Assembly: GCA_964016885.1 (NCBI GenBank)
Contig: OZ024741.1
Location: 236,158,001 to 236,222,000 of the forward strand
Direction: 5' to 3'
Source: Eledone cirrhosa
Lineage: Eukaryota
Length of the DNA: 64,000 nucleotides
A model generated the notes under the pieces. That model saw nothing but the letters and a program-made list of their open reading frames with translations, had not been told where the DNA came from and made no database searches. This document shows positions 1 to 14,000 of the stretch, in pieces; within the stretch, counting starts at the first letter, position 1, and every line of letters starts with the position of its first letter. Position numbers and translations under genes: made by a program.

Positions 1-569
1 GGATTGGCAAAATTGGTAGAACATTGGATAAAATGACATAGCAGTATTTGTTGAGATTTTTTACATTCTGTGTTCAAATCCTGCTGAGGTCAACTTTGCC
101 TTTTATTCTTCCAGAGTTTATAAAACAAACTACCAACCAGTCAAATACTGCAGTTAATTTAATCAGCTTTGTCCGTCACCCATATTTTTTAGCATTGTGC
201 CTAAATTAAAAATCAATATTTTGGCTTCAATATTTAATATTTCAAGTGTAGAATAAAATTCAATAGAGTAAATGCTCAATTTATTAACATCCTGTAATGG
301 TTTAGTAGAAAATATTTGTTTTTTCAGATGTTTATGTTATCTTCAGTAGGGAATAGATTATTTTGAACATTTGCAGTATTTCTCTACAGGACATTAAGTG
401 TTCATAGACTAATAGGGGGAAGGTGTGTTTGTTAATGCCCAAAGTCCATTAAATCAAAAGTAACCTAGGTGGCATTTTTATTGTAAAAAACAAACAAACT
501 TTGACAATATACACATGTGCATGTAATGTTTATACTTCACTTTTGACAGTAGGGCTGTATTATTTATAA

Positions 570-762
570 GGCGGTGGATTGGCAGTATTGGTAGAGGGTC
601 GGATACCATGCTTTGACGTATAGAGTTACGGCCCTTGCCATTCTGAGTTCAAATCCCGCCGAGGTTAACTTTGCCTTTCATCCTTACAGGGTCGATAAAA
701 TAAAGTACCAGTAATACTCTGGGTAATTGCTGGCCTTGTGCCAAAAGTAGAAACAATTATTT
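570..762 (+). mobile_element. tRNA-derived SINE (dominant family in this window)
   Basis: A-box-like TGGCAGTATTGG, B-box GAGTTCAAATCC, central GCCTTTCATCC...GATAAAATAAAGTACCAG, an ATT-type tail, and the flanking direct repeat ATTATTTATAAG. Older copies are at about 1-215 and 916-1128. Confidence 0.85.
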
Positions 763-1329
763 ATAAGGCTGAATAAACTAAGACCTGGGAGCCTCACAAA
801 GACTAAAGAGCTCGACAATAGGTTAATATGGGCTCTATTTGACAGTGTAGTTGAAGATTATTTTGCTGTAACTATAGTGGTAATACAGTATTGTATTATT
901 ATTTGGTCTGTTAAAGGCAGTGAATTGGCAGAATCAGTGTTGGGCAAAATGCTTTGTAGCATTTAGTTACAGCCCTTTATGTTCTGAGTTAGAATCTTGC
1001 CAGGGTCAACTTTACTTTTCATCCTTCCAGGGTCTATAGGATAAAGTATCAGTCATACACTGGAATCAATGTTATCGACTTCCCCTCCACACATTGTTGT
1101 CCTTGTGACTAAATTCGAAACCATTATTTGGTTTTTTAAATACGAAATTTACCCAATTGATAACCCTTAAAATAAAGGTCTACTGTATATATTTGTGTTG
1201 ATTACATAATATATTTATTCTAATGTTATTAAATTCTTTTTTTATTTCTTACTTTGAGATTTGTAATTATGTTTTCATGAATATAATGTAATTTCATTTT
1301 TATAAAATGTTTAATAACATTTAATTACA

Positions 1330-1570
1330 ATCCTGAATTATTTCCTACCTCATCCAAAGTTTTCAGACCCTCAATTACTCCCCCAGTGCCTAAAGTTTCC
1401 AGTTGTGAATTATCTCTCTCCCTCTCACTATCAAAGTTTTCAGGCCCCTAATTATGCCCCCACCAAGGTTTTCTAAATTATACCACACCAGCCCAAAGGT
1501 TTCCATTCTACTACTACCTCTCCCCTCTTCCAAAATTTCTTGCCCTGAATTATACTCCACTTATAACCCA
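1330..1570. repeat. Degenerate tandem repeat of about 35-50 bp
   Basis: Recurring CCAAAGTTTTC...AATTA...CCCC blocks. Confidence 0.45.
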
Positions 1571-1630
1571 AATATCTGGTCTTGTACCAGTGTTTGAAAC
1601 TGTTTTCATTGTATGTTTTATATTAACATC

Positions 1631-1665
1631 TAATTTTGTTTTGTTTTTCTTTTTTCTCTTTTCAG
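1631..1665 (+). promoter_or_regulatory. Splice acceptor opening the ZNF-1 coding exon (exon starts 1666; about 1.25 kb of 5'UTR in this exon)
   Basis: CTAAT branch-like motif, a long T/C tract, then TTTCAG|CCACT. Confidence 0.6.
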
Positions 1666-2555
1666 CCACTACAGATTTCACCCAGTAAATGAAGGGATTC
1701 CACCACCTTCCTCTCTCTCTCTCCCCCCTCTCTCTCCTCTGTGTCTCTCTCTTCCATTCATTTTCTCTCTCCCCTTTCTCCCTCTCATACTTCCAGTTCC
1801 AACCAGAAAAAAAAATTTCAAATATCCACGGAATTTACCTCCCCTGATATTTTTTCTCCACTGGGATTTGTGCCAAGACATAATGAAGATACCAACCATT
1901 ATTTCTCTTCATCCTCCAATCCTTATTTAACTCTCTAAATGAACAGTATTATCTTTTTACTAACTTTTCTCAAGAAGCCTAATAACTTTGCTGATTATCA
2001 TTATTATAATTATCATCATTATTTTGAATTGTATATTTTGTTGCTGCCTGACAGCAACATTACTTAATGAGGATGAAACAGTTGATTAATACGATGTGGC
2101 AGTCATGCTTACCATTTTACCATTTCACTCCTCCAGGCGTTCTCTCTGACCAATAAGTCTTTGCTAATTCACCACATACAGTTTTCTCTTGTGTTCAAAT
2201 CTAAGGTGGACCACTTTGAATATCAATGTATGTTTATTTGCAGTTAGGAAGTAACACAGTTGTATATTCAATGATTGAAATGTTAGTGTTTTGATATGAA
2301 TAACTACCATGTTTGGTGAAACAGATTTCCAGACATTGGAAGGAGGAGAATTCTTTCTCGTTTGATAGCAAACACTTTACATTTGGCGAGAGGCTAAACT
2401 GGCAGGCAGAAGGACATAACATAGAATAGATAATATATACAGATATATAGTGAGAGAGGTAAGTAGGTAGATATGTCCAAAGAAATATGGACACAATGAC
2501 ACATAGAGATATTCACATAGAAGTATAGTGAGAATATATATACACGCAAAAAACG

Positions 2556-2619
<64 letters not shown>

Positions 2620-2915
2620 AAGAGAGAGAGGGGGAGAGAAATGAGTATTGAAAGGTAAAAAAATATATGAACTGAACAACATTTTAGGGGAGAGAGAGGG
2701 AAAGAGAGAGAACACACCAACTCCTTGAGCAAGTCTTTCCACATGAAATGTATTGAAATGTCTCCACAGTTAATGTATCCATGTTAATATTGTGAATATT
2801 CCAGAAACAATGTTCTCTTAATAACAACAACAACAACAAAAGTAATTAAGACTAACAATAATAATAATAACATTTAACTAAAACATTTTCCCCTCATCTC
2901 ATCAAACTGTACGGA

Positions 2916-3632
2916 ATGGAGTCCTTACAACCTATGTATTCCTCATCTGGAACTGGTTTAGTGCCTCCTGGAAATAATCCCAACACAGGGCAAGATACTA
3001 ACAGCAGTGGTGGCCGTGGTGGTGGAGGAAATCGTGTGACCAATAGTAGTGGTGGCACCAATGTGGGTCGACAGGCGACCAGCATGGAGCACATGAGGAG
3101 CAATGACGTCTTCTACCGCGACAACTTATTGAAGGGACCACATCCTCCCACTGGACATACTCACCATGCTCACAGCCACGCTCATGGCCATGGGCACAGT
3201 GGTCATCATGATCACCACGCTCATGGTCACGCTCGACATACTAACTGTAGTAGCAGCGGGGCTGGAGCTGGTGCCGGTAGTGGAGGCACTGGCAACCATC
3301 AACATCATCACCATCACCACCACCATCACCACGGCCATATTGGAGGCGTTAACCAGAACACACTTCATTCGGGAGGAGGTGGCGTTGCTAGCACCGGTGG
3401 CAAGGGCCTCGCCGTTGGTTTGAACAACACAAACATGAACACGAATGTTAACCCAGGCCTCAACGTAAACCTAGGACCGAGCCCGAATACTGCTGCAAAC
3501 ATGCAACCAGCTACAAGCATTGCAGGCAATGTAAACATAGCCCCTCCCCAGCAGCAGCAACAACAACAGCAGCAGCAGCAGCAACAGCAGCAACAGCAAC
3601 AACAGCAACAACAGCAGCAGCAGCAACAACAA

Positions 3633-3670
<38 letters not shown>

Positions 3671-4865
3671 ACAGCAGCAACAGCAACAAGCACCACACTC
3701 ACAGCCACCTTCGACAAGTTCCACAGCCACTACAATGAATATGAGTATGCCATCAGGCATGATAGTGAACGCCAGCATGGTCGGTATGAACATGAATGCC
3801 ATTCATACGATGCACACCATGCATGCGGCCATGAACATGATGATGATCAAACGTCACCCAACAGGCAGTGAGAAAGAAGAGAAGCAACACAAGTGTGACG
3901 TTTGCCGTAAAACTTTCACTCGACGGTCGGACCTGCTGAATCACCAGCATGCTGCTACGCTGAACGACGATGGCAAGCACTTCTATTGTTCGTTTTGCCG
4001 TAAAGCATTCCCTATCCGAGCTCGACTCAAGGACCATTTACGCACACACACCGGAGAGAAACCATTCCGATGTGTCTACTGTGAAAAGATGTTTGCACAC
4101 CAGACCAACCTAAAGTCTCATCTCCGCCTACATACAGGCGAAAAACCTTTCAAGTGCATCGTATGCAGTAAAGCTTTCTCGCACCAAACAAACCTGAAGA
4201 GCCACGAGCGCACTCACACGGGCTGCAAGCCGTACCACTGTGGATACTGTGGTAAAGCGTTTTCTCACCAGACAAACCTGAAGGACCATCAGCGGATCCA
4301 CACTGGTATCAAGCCCTACCGATGCAGTTATTGCGACAAGGCCTTCAGTCATCAGACGAATCTCAAAGACCACGAAAGGACACACACCGGCGTGAAACCC
4401 TTTCAGTGTACATACTGTGATAAAGCCTTCAGTCACCAGACAAATTTGAAGGACCACCAGAGGACTCACACGGGCGAGAAACCCTATAGTTGTTCCTACT
4501 GTCAGAATGCGTTCAGCCATCAGACTAACCTGCGAGATCACGAAAGAACACACACGGGTGTACGACCCTACCAGTGTCGCTTCTGTACAAAAGCATTTAG
4601 TCACCAAACGAACCTGAGAGATCATGAACGGACTCACACAGGTGAAAAACCTTATCAGTGCGCGTACTGCGAGAATGCGTTCAGCCATCAGACGAATCTG
4701 AAGTGTCACGAAAGGCTGCACACCGGTGAAGCTGCTAAGACATTCACGTGCACGGTTTGCAACAAAGGTTTTGCTCACCAGACTAATCTGAAGGTTCATG
4801 AACGCACTCACAACAGGGGGCCGTCAGCACAAGAGCAGAACAAGGCACCACCACCAAAAGGGTGA
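2916..4865 (+). CDS. C2H2 zinc-finger protein (ZNF-1), 649 aa; Gly/His-rich N-terminus, long polyQ, 10 canonical fingers plus 1 atypical lead finger
   Basis: ATG-to-TGA ORF. It has repeated CxxC-x12-HxxxH motifs with TGEKP-type linkers and a CAG/CAA tract at about 3549-3689. Confidence 0.96.
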
Positions 4866-4910
4866 ACAGTATATATACATACTAGTACGCATATGTATAT
4901 ATAAGAGAGA

Positions 4911-4953
<43 letters not shown>

Positions 4954-5804
4954 TATATATATATATATACGATGTAGGTTACTATTGTATGTAGCTTTAA
5001 ATGTAGTCTTCTCATTAAAGAGATGACTTGCTGCACATACACACGCACACATATATGTATGTATGTATACAGACATATATATATATATATATGGATGAAT
5101 GTATATGCATATATGTACATAAACGTGTGTATATATTTGCATATATATATACTCATGTGTGTATATATATGCATATATACATATATGCATACATACATAT
5201 ATATATATATGTGCATGTGTGTATGTGTGGATATTGATAAACATTTGTAAACAATACAGTTCGAAAGTAAAAATGCGAGACAGTCCTCGACGGGAAATTG
5301 GACCGTGTCCCTCTTGCTGACGAGGTTGACATATGCACCCAATACATTACGAGTGACACCAGCATTTTCCTCACCTTTTCAACTGATTTTTCTCCCTTAC
5401 AAATGTTTATCTATTTTATTGAGAAACACATCATCATGACTATGTTCTATCATGATACAACCAGAATTTACACAGCGTTATTTACACTAGTGTGTGTGTA
5501 AGTCAGGTAGCAGCCTCGTGATATAAGCCGGACATTTAAGGTGCAAGGTTCATTTCCCGCCGTGGGCATTAGTCGCATTTTTAATTGCGAATCGTATTGT
5601 TTACAAATGTAGAGCCATATACATACATATATACATGTATGTATGTAATAGCTTCTCTTATGCTGTGTAAATTCAAAAATGTTTTCAGTAAAATGGATAA
5701 ATGTTTTGGGTATTCATGTCTATGCATATGTATTGAGATACACGTGTATATGCATTTTTATATACATGTATGTGTGTATATGTATAAATATATACACACA
5801 TTAT

Positions 5805-5845
<41 letters not shown>

Positions 5846-6554
5846 TATGCACACATCCATTCATATCTGTATATATTTGTGTGTGTGTATATATGCTTGT
5901 GGTTTTCTATACACACACAGATGCATACATATATATTATTGTTTCTTAAACAGAAACAAGCCAAAAGAAGTGGGGCAAATCACAGAATGGTGAAACATTT
6001 AACTGAGGAATCTAAAATGTTCTAGAATTTTCTAAACCCAAATTCTGTGGACAAAATTGGAGATATTGCTACCAAATGTTGGTTCCTTTTCATTTCTTCA
6101 ATTTTTTATAACACTTTGGGGGGGGGGGGGGGGGGTTTAAAATGCTAATTGAGATGACAGTGGTCAGATTTGAGCCCAAAACATTTTGTATGTAAAAGGG
6201 CTCTTATGTGTGTTTAGTCCCATGAGTGTTGACTGGAAGGGATATCAATAGAAAAAAAGCACATATTGATTGTAGTGAGAAGGTGGCTGAGTAAACAAAT
6301 ATAAATACATCAACAATAGTAGTGTACACAATAAAAATGTGTTACTGCTACAACAACAATATCAAGGAAAATCTTTTGAAACAAAGAAAAGACATTTACT
6401 TTTTATGAACTACCTACAATTTGTGTGTGATCGTGTGCATATAATATATATATATATATACATATACACCGAATATCTAAACAAGACAGGCTTGCACGAA
6501 ATCTTAGGTAGGGTTTCACGTCTTGTTACTGGACACACACAACCACACATACAC

Positions 6555-6605
<51 letters not shown>

Positions 6606-6849
6606 CACAGACATAAGCATGTATATACACCATAAAGTATCACTGAGAATTTAAACAACTTGGAACACAAGTAAGACAAAACAAAAATGACTGAATAAAT
6701 AATACAAATATGTAAATGGTAAAATATAGCTGCCATTGTATGTATTTTAATGAAATGATAGTATTGAGATAAAAAAAAAAGAACTACTGTTTGTGAGGTG
6801 AGGGGAAACAATATAAAAAAGAGAACGTGAAAAATGTTGGAATTTGTCG

Positions 6850-7220
6850 GAAATGACATGAGTATATTCTGAAAAAGCTATGAAAGATATATGTCACGCA
6901 AAATACATGGATATATTCTTGGAAAGACGTGGAGAAACCATGAAAGCTACTTGGAATATATGTCTCAATATAAAGATATATTCTGGTAAAGATGTGGAGA
7001 TTTGCAATATATTGAAATATGTCAATATAAGGAGACATTGTGAAAGACATTAAGGGATATTTGATACAAAATACATGGATACATAGAAATATTTTGTAAA
7101 AGACATGGAGATATGTGACAAAATTCTTCGAGAGATTTGCTATGAAAGCTATTTGATATGTCACAGAAAACCTGAAGACATTATTAAGGATGTGAAAATA
7201 TGCCATGATAAACATGGAAA
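6850..7220. repeat. Degenerate tandem repeat
   Basis: Recurring ATGAAAG...ATATGTCA...AATACATGGATA...AAAGACGTGGAGA blocks. Confidence 0.5.
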
Positions 7221-8317
7221 TAAGTTACCAACAACATGGCAGACATAGACTGTGTGAAAAGACATACAGATATGCACAGAAAATAAAAACAACAAACAAA
7301 ACGTAAACATTTTCGCAAAAGACTTTTAATAAAACAACCTCTTATCAATGTTCTGTTGTATTGCTGTGGTGGCAGTAATTCCTTAACAGATTGAATCAAT
7401 GATGCATTTTCTTTTCCCAGCCTCTTGGAATTGTTTTCATTTGAACACCATTATTGCCCATGGGAAAGGCATAACTATCATCACAACACCACTTTCATAT
7501 CTGTCTAACAAATTATTATTAGCAAACTCATCAAACTCTTATTAATACCACTGAACATAAAGTATTGGTCGGAAAAGGGATAAAAATGAAATAAAAAATC
7601 GATGAGAATTAATTCTGTTGATTTATAAGTGTATATGTATGTATGTTTGTATACACGTGTGTGTATATATATATATATATGTACACACATATATATATAT
7701 ATATATATACACATACATACATACATACATATATTGTATGGGCGGGGATCTTGTGAAATGGTGTGACGAGCACAATTGAAGAAAAATAATAAAAACGACA
7801 AATAAAAAAAAAAGTAGAAAGTGGATTAAATTATTAAAAGTATCAATTGTGTGGTGTATTTTTTTTAAAGACAAGAGACTGGTTCAAATTTTGCCTACCC
7901 CAAGACATCATCAAGGAAGGACACGTGTGTATATATGTGTGAGTGTGTGTGTGTATATATACACACACACACACATACATCCACGTGTACGGAGAACTAA
8001 CACCAAGTTAAAGAAAAAGAGACAGACAAAAAGTTAAGGGGGGATCATTTGATATCCAGGCTGTTTCACTTGGTGGATTGTTTCCCTTCTCTCTGTGCTA
8101 CCTTTCTGGATTATAATTCTTCGGAAATTGTTTCTTTTTTTTTTTTTTTATGTTGTCATTGAAATGATACGTAACCCTTAATTTATTTTGTAATCTTGCT
8201 TAAAAAGAAGCCGAAACTTTAAATGAGAAAACCAAAGTTTATCGGCAACCGGGTTGGTTAGCAAGCGGGGAAGTGTGGTGGAACAGGATTGACTAAACTG
8301 GGTGTGAATGTTGGAGG

Positions 8318-8385
8318 AATAAAACAAGCTACAATTTGACTGTCATTGATGTTCTCTTTTGTTTTTGTTTGTTTAATGTTTTTAG
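8318..8385 (+). terminator. Candidate poly(A) signal for ZNF-1
   Basis: AATAAA followed by a T/GT-rich tract. Several other AATAAA motifs occur upstream, so this site is not unique. Confidence 0.3.
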
Positions 8386-8494
8386 CAAATGTTCATATCC
8401 AGGCATGGCTTAATGGTTGAGTAGTTTGCTTTTAACCATTATGTTCTGGGTTCAGTCCTGTATGGCACCTCAGGCGTCTCAGGATGACCTATGC

Positions 8495-8531
<37 letters not shown>

Positions 8532-9599
8532 ATATGTGTGTTTGTGTCAATGTTTATGTCCTGTAACTTAGTAGTTTAACCAAAAAGATTGATGAAATAA
8601 GTGCCAAGCATGAAAAAGTAAGCATTGAGGGCAATATGATCAACTAAATCAAGGTGGTGCCCCAGCATGGTCACAGTCTAAAAAATAAAAGGAATATTAT
8701 GAACAAACTGTCTTGCTTTCCTAAAAGAAATTTAAGGTTTTGCATTACACTGTTGAAAGCCTGCTATTTTTTATTATCTCTTTTTCTATAAAAGAAATAA
8801 TTATGATTCTAGTTAAATAATAATGGTTTGACTTCAAGAAACAGGATATATGGCAGTTGTGTTCCTTTTCATATAAAGAAATCCAGTGGGCAATCAGAAT
8901 AAAGCTTTCGTTTATATATGTGTGAACACATGTAAGTGCACATGACCAGAATTCGAGAGATATAAAGTTTGATTTCCACTGTTAACCACTTATTTTCTGT
9001 CTCTAAGGGTTTACCCAGTTGTCTAACACCATTATCATTATCATCATTATAGTGACTGTCTTTGGATATAAAATTTTTCTAATTTCAATAAAATATATAT
9101 CTGACTTGAATAACAAGAACAGGGTTAAAATTCCTTCACTGCTGTTGCCCCAGCATGGTTGCAGTCAACTGACTGAAACCCGTAAAAGAATATATAATGC
9201 ATGTTTTTTTTTGTTTTTTTTTACTAATAATATGCAATTGCATTCATGTGAGTGTTGTGTTTGAGTACAACTATAAATTTTACATTGATTTTATTGAACA
9301 TCTTGGTAAGAATTTTTTTTTCTTTTATAATATTAGAAAGTTGCTAGCTCTAAAGTTTATATGGAAACTTGTCCAAAATTGCTGGAGAAGTAAGCGGGGC
9401 GTTATACACAAGCTACTATTGTGGGAAATAACTCACAAGAGGAAGGCTTGCTCAGACCTTCATTGATCAACTCTCAGACGATACAAATCTAGCTAGGGAG
9501 CTTTCTGTGTTAGGGGAATAAATAGGTACCAAATCATATGGTACCTATTCATAAATAGGTTCTACCTCATACCAAAGTTAATGATGCTCTAATGTGCAT

Positions 9600-10280
9600 A
9601 TAGCTGCATTGTTGTCTGCTGCTATAAGGGGAGAGAAAAATTACCAAGACATCAATCAAATGGGTCAATATGATGGTCACAGATTGCACAATTTATTAGG
9701 GAAAAAAATTAATCTTGATGAGATGCTGTTTGACTTTGTTCATGGGAAAAGCAGTACCAATACCATCTTTTTAGTTAGGCAGCTGCAGAACTACCTAATT
9801 AAGAATAAACACTTATACTTATTCATCAAGCTGGAAAAGGCAGAATCCCATGCACTGTAATTTGGTTGTCACTTAGGAAACTAGATAGAAGAATGACTTG
9901 TGAAGACCGTACAGGCCATGTACAGAGGTGCAACCAAAGTAAAAGTCAATAATGAGTACATTGATGAATTATATTATAGTACTCCAGGCCATAAATGAAT
10001 TCAAGATTGATTGTCTGTGGGCGTTCCTATATGCTGATGATCTAACTCTCGTAACTGAAAGAATAGAACTCGATGTTTCATACACGGGAGCAAAACCTGG
10101 AAATGAGCCTCAAAGTAAGCCGAACAAAAACTAAAGCTGGAAAGTGTATAAAACTCCCATGCCTAATAAGCAGAAAATGATACACGAAATGTAGTGAGAT
10201 CACAGGTAGTCTGACAAAGTAGGTAGACATGCACATTAAGGTACTAGTGAAATAAACCCCCTCAAATGTTCAATCTTTAG
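9600..10280 (+). mobile_element. Highly decayed RTE RT fragment
   Basis: Remnants of IFLVRQLQ, LEKA and LYADDL. Confidence 0.75.
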
Positions 10281-10399
10281 ATACAAAGATACCGGCTAAC
10301 TGCATATAATGTCTCATGGAACCTTACTCAAGATTTTGTTTTGCTTTTCAATAACTGTTTTATCATCAAAATGTATTTTGATTGTAAATACTAGACATC

Positions 10400-10745
10400 A
10401 TCTCTTCTTCTTCTTCCTTCTGCTTTTGCTCGAGGCCGGGTCATCCTAAGCCAGCGATACCAAAGCTGACCAGGTCCTCCAACGCCTCTGCATCCTCCAA
10501 GGTGATGTCGAGCCTCCTGAGATCTTCCCTGATAATATCCAGCCACCTGGCATGGGACCTCCTCTAGCCTGCCACTGCTGTGTTGAAAGAGAGTAAGATC
10601 CTGGTGGAAAGTGGATTTGTCCGTACCAGCACATGCAGTGGATAGCTATGAGCTGCTGCATGTGCACACACACAACACTTTGTTGGAAACATGGTGGTCC
10701 CATCTGATATTTTTGATGGTACTCACGGCTCTGCTATCAAACCTC
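10400..10745 (-). mobile_element. Decayed non-LTR retrotransposon 3' end with a (GAA)n tail
   Basis: WYG-type C-terminal remnant, GC-rich sequence, and (TTC)n at about 10403-10418. Confidence 0.5.
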
Positions 10746-10945
10746 TTTGTTAGGGGTCACGTTTCTTCTCCATAGAGGAGAACAGAAAGGACATGCATTG
10801 TACTGAGATTAAATGGACTGAAAGCAATAATAAATTATAAAGTTTTCATTTAGAAAGGAAGCCTCATTCTTCAAATTAAGTGTTTTAATAATTTTAATTC
10901 AAACTAAGCAACTATTGCACAATTTATTCAATTATAAAAAAAAGG

Positions 10946-10976
<31 letters not shown>

Positions 10977-11032
10977 AGTGTGTACATATATATTTATGTC
11001 TCTGGGTGTCTATCCATCTAGGTGCACGCATT

Positions 11033-11066
<34 letters not shown>

Positions 11067-14000
11067 GCTTCCATTAGATGGTTTAACTAATAGCTGGGTT
11101 TGTGATCCTGTCATTATGCAACATTAAAGGAAGATATTGGAAACCAGCCTTCTTATATTTTCATTGAAGTATATAATATATATTTTTATATACATGTGTG
11201 TTTATAAATTCTGCATGTATTTCAATCAACTGAACTGCCTATTTGTGAAATTAATATGCAAGCAGCTGAACAATGTAGTTTTCAGGAAGATGCAGTGTGA
11301 CAAGACTGGCTCCTTGAATTATAGGTACAATTCATTTTTGTCGGCTAAGTGAACTGGAGCAACATGAAATAAAGCGTCCTGCACAAGGACACAACGCACC
11401 ACCCTGTTTGGGTATCAAACTCACAACCGTACAACCGAGCTGAACCATGAAGGCATACACCTTCAGGAATTCTATATATATATACTCTCCATGTGTGTAA
11501 TGTGAACTCTATATGCATGTATGAATAATAACTCTAACATGGTTACATTCATTCTTTCTTTAAACATATTTTTAATAACTGCAAACTTAATGTTAAGAAC
11601 TTAGACACTTCTCCTTCCGTCAATCTGTTGTTGAGGACCTGCATATACATGTGTGTTGTACCTGAAAATGTATGTAGATATATGCATGTGCATACATACA
11701 TATATATATGTGAAGGTGCGTGGCTCAGCTCATGAACTCAAGGTCTTGAATTTGATTCCTGATGGCACATTGCCTCCTTGAAGACAGATTCATTCACTCT
11801 GCTCCTGTCGACTCAGCTTACAAAAATGAGCTGTACCTGTTATTCTAAAGGCTAACCTTGTCACACATTGTGTCATGCAGAATCTCCTTGAGAACTACAA
11901 TAAGGGTACATGTATCTGTGGAATGTTTAGCCACTTACAGTTTATTGATCAAACTGGAGCATTTGCCATTGGAACTGACTGAGGTCTAACACATATATAT
12001 CCGTGTGTCTGCATATGTCAGTTCAGTAGTAAGAATTATTATTACACCTAAATTTATAATCCCACAGCTGTTAGGCCACATCCAACATAATGTTAAATAG
12101 ATTTAAAAAGAAGTTCTGGAAAAAAGAAAAATGAAAAAAAAAAAAGTATTTTGAGGTTTTGAAAATGGATTTATTGAAATATAAATACCAATTAACATCT
12201 AGAAATTAACGAGTAAGGCAATTAACTATTCTATTTTGTACAATACTTAAGACAATCATGATGACGAGAGAGGATGTAACTATCACTCCATCGTATAGAT
12301 CTAGGGAGATACTGTAATGTTTGTTGTCTGGTCACCTTATTGTATTTCATAAGAAACAGATGGATGTGGGGAACAAGGGTTTCATTATTTTTGTTGTAGT
12401 TTGTAAGGGTTGCTGGTCCTGGAGACAGACTAAAATAAAAAACTTTTAAACAAAGATATATATATATATATGTGTGTGTGTGTATGTATACATATATATA
12501 TATATAATTGTGAGTGAATTCCCGATGGAGAACGGGTAGTGACCACAATTAAAAAAGGTATTCAATACAACAGTAGAGTTATGGTATCTATATTTTATAT
12601 AGAAATGGCTTATAAAGGACTAGAATTGTTACATTTGTATGACTTTCCTGATGATTTCATATGAATGAAACAGTTCCAGTCCTGTAGAAGTCATTTCTAT
12701 ATATATATAAACACATTCATAAATATACATACACTTACACACACACACACACACATATATATTTATTAAAATAACAGATTAAAGTTTAAGCAAAGAAAGC
12801 TCTGGTGAAAGCAGAGATTCTTTGCTTAAACTTTAATCTGTTATTTTAATAAATATTTGCTCTACGGTTCTTATATATTTGATATATATTTATCCTTTGG
12901 ATTTTAGTCTTCAAATTTATTATTATTACTATATATATATTTATTAAAATAACAGATTAATTTATTATTACTATATATATATATATAGCTTAAGCAAACA
13001 GAAGTCTGATGAGCTTTTGATTCCAGAGTCGGGCCCGATTTATAGAGATCAAACCTTGAGCTGATCAATTGCAAAAGGCGTACCACACCTGAATAAACTT
13101 AATGATATTACTATATATATATATATATGTATGTATATGTATTAAATACATATATATGTGTATATATATATACACAGACGCACACATATATATAGAACCT
13201 GCAGGACTGTATTTATAAACACACAGCAAAAATGAAGACAAACAATGAAAGAGTGAAAGGAAAAAAAAATCAGAATGAAAAATAGAAAAGTGAAAACTGT
13301 CTTTAAGAGAGAGAGAGAGATATAATATATTGGCTATTGTTGTTTAGCCCTAGGTCAGCAGTGGCTGAGTAGACATATTATCACCAATAACAACTCAGTC
13401 ATGAGCAATCTTTTCTTTTGGTTGGAGACTTTAACAAATTTATTTCTTCATTATTATTTTATTATATACATTTTCCATGTTGGTATGGGTTGGATGGGGT
13501 CATCACAGTTTGGTTCAGAGTTACTGCTACTCTAGACAGGTCTGGAGAACCATGTCTCAAACGTAAAATAGGTTTGGCATGGGTTCTACAACTGGATGCC
13601 CTTCCAAACATAAACCCCTTAATAGAATATATTTTATTGTTTGGAAAAATTACAAGGATGGAAGTTGTGGCATGCCAACCACCACTTCCCCAAATATTGA
13701 CATCAAGTCTCTAAACTCAAATAGTAGTTTCCTAGACAAACTTAATGCAGGAAAAATGTGATGAAGCATTGATGTTTTTCTCAAGAGTAACTAGGAGGAA
13801 TCAGAGACTGGTTGTGGCTGTTTTGGGAGGAAAGGGGGAGAGTCTGTTCCCTAAATCACAATAAAATGTCTAATAGAGTAAAACTCAAGGTCAAACTGTT
13901 ATTTTGTTTTATTGACCCAGGAAGGTTGATAGGCAAACATCCATCTCGGAAAGATAAAAACTAATAATAAATAAATAAGACAGTAAAATAAAGATAATCG

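Noticed and set aside
570-660. tRNA gene (A and B boxes)
   Set aside because: It is the head of a multi-copy SINE with a tail and TSD, not a tRNA.
3365-3802. Antisense polyCys, polyLeu and polyAla ORFs
   Set aside because: These are shadow frames of the CAG/CAA polyQ tract of ZNF-1.
4128-4811. 227-aa antisense ORF
   Set aside because: It is the expected stop-poor reverse frame of a repetitive C2H2 array, with no independent signal.
5505-5570. tRNA-like segment ending GGTTCATTTCCCGCCGTGGGCA
   Set aside because: It has no complete cloverleaf and is better explained as the right arm of the 5241-5610 hairpin.
4824-6025. Several Y/I/H/T-rich ORFs
   Set aside because: They are translations of (TA)n and (CA)n microsatellites.
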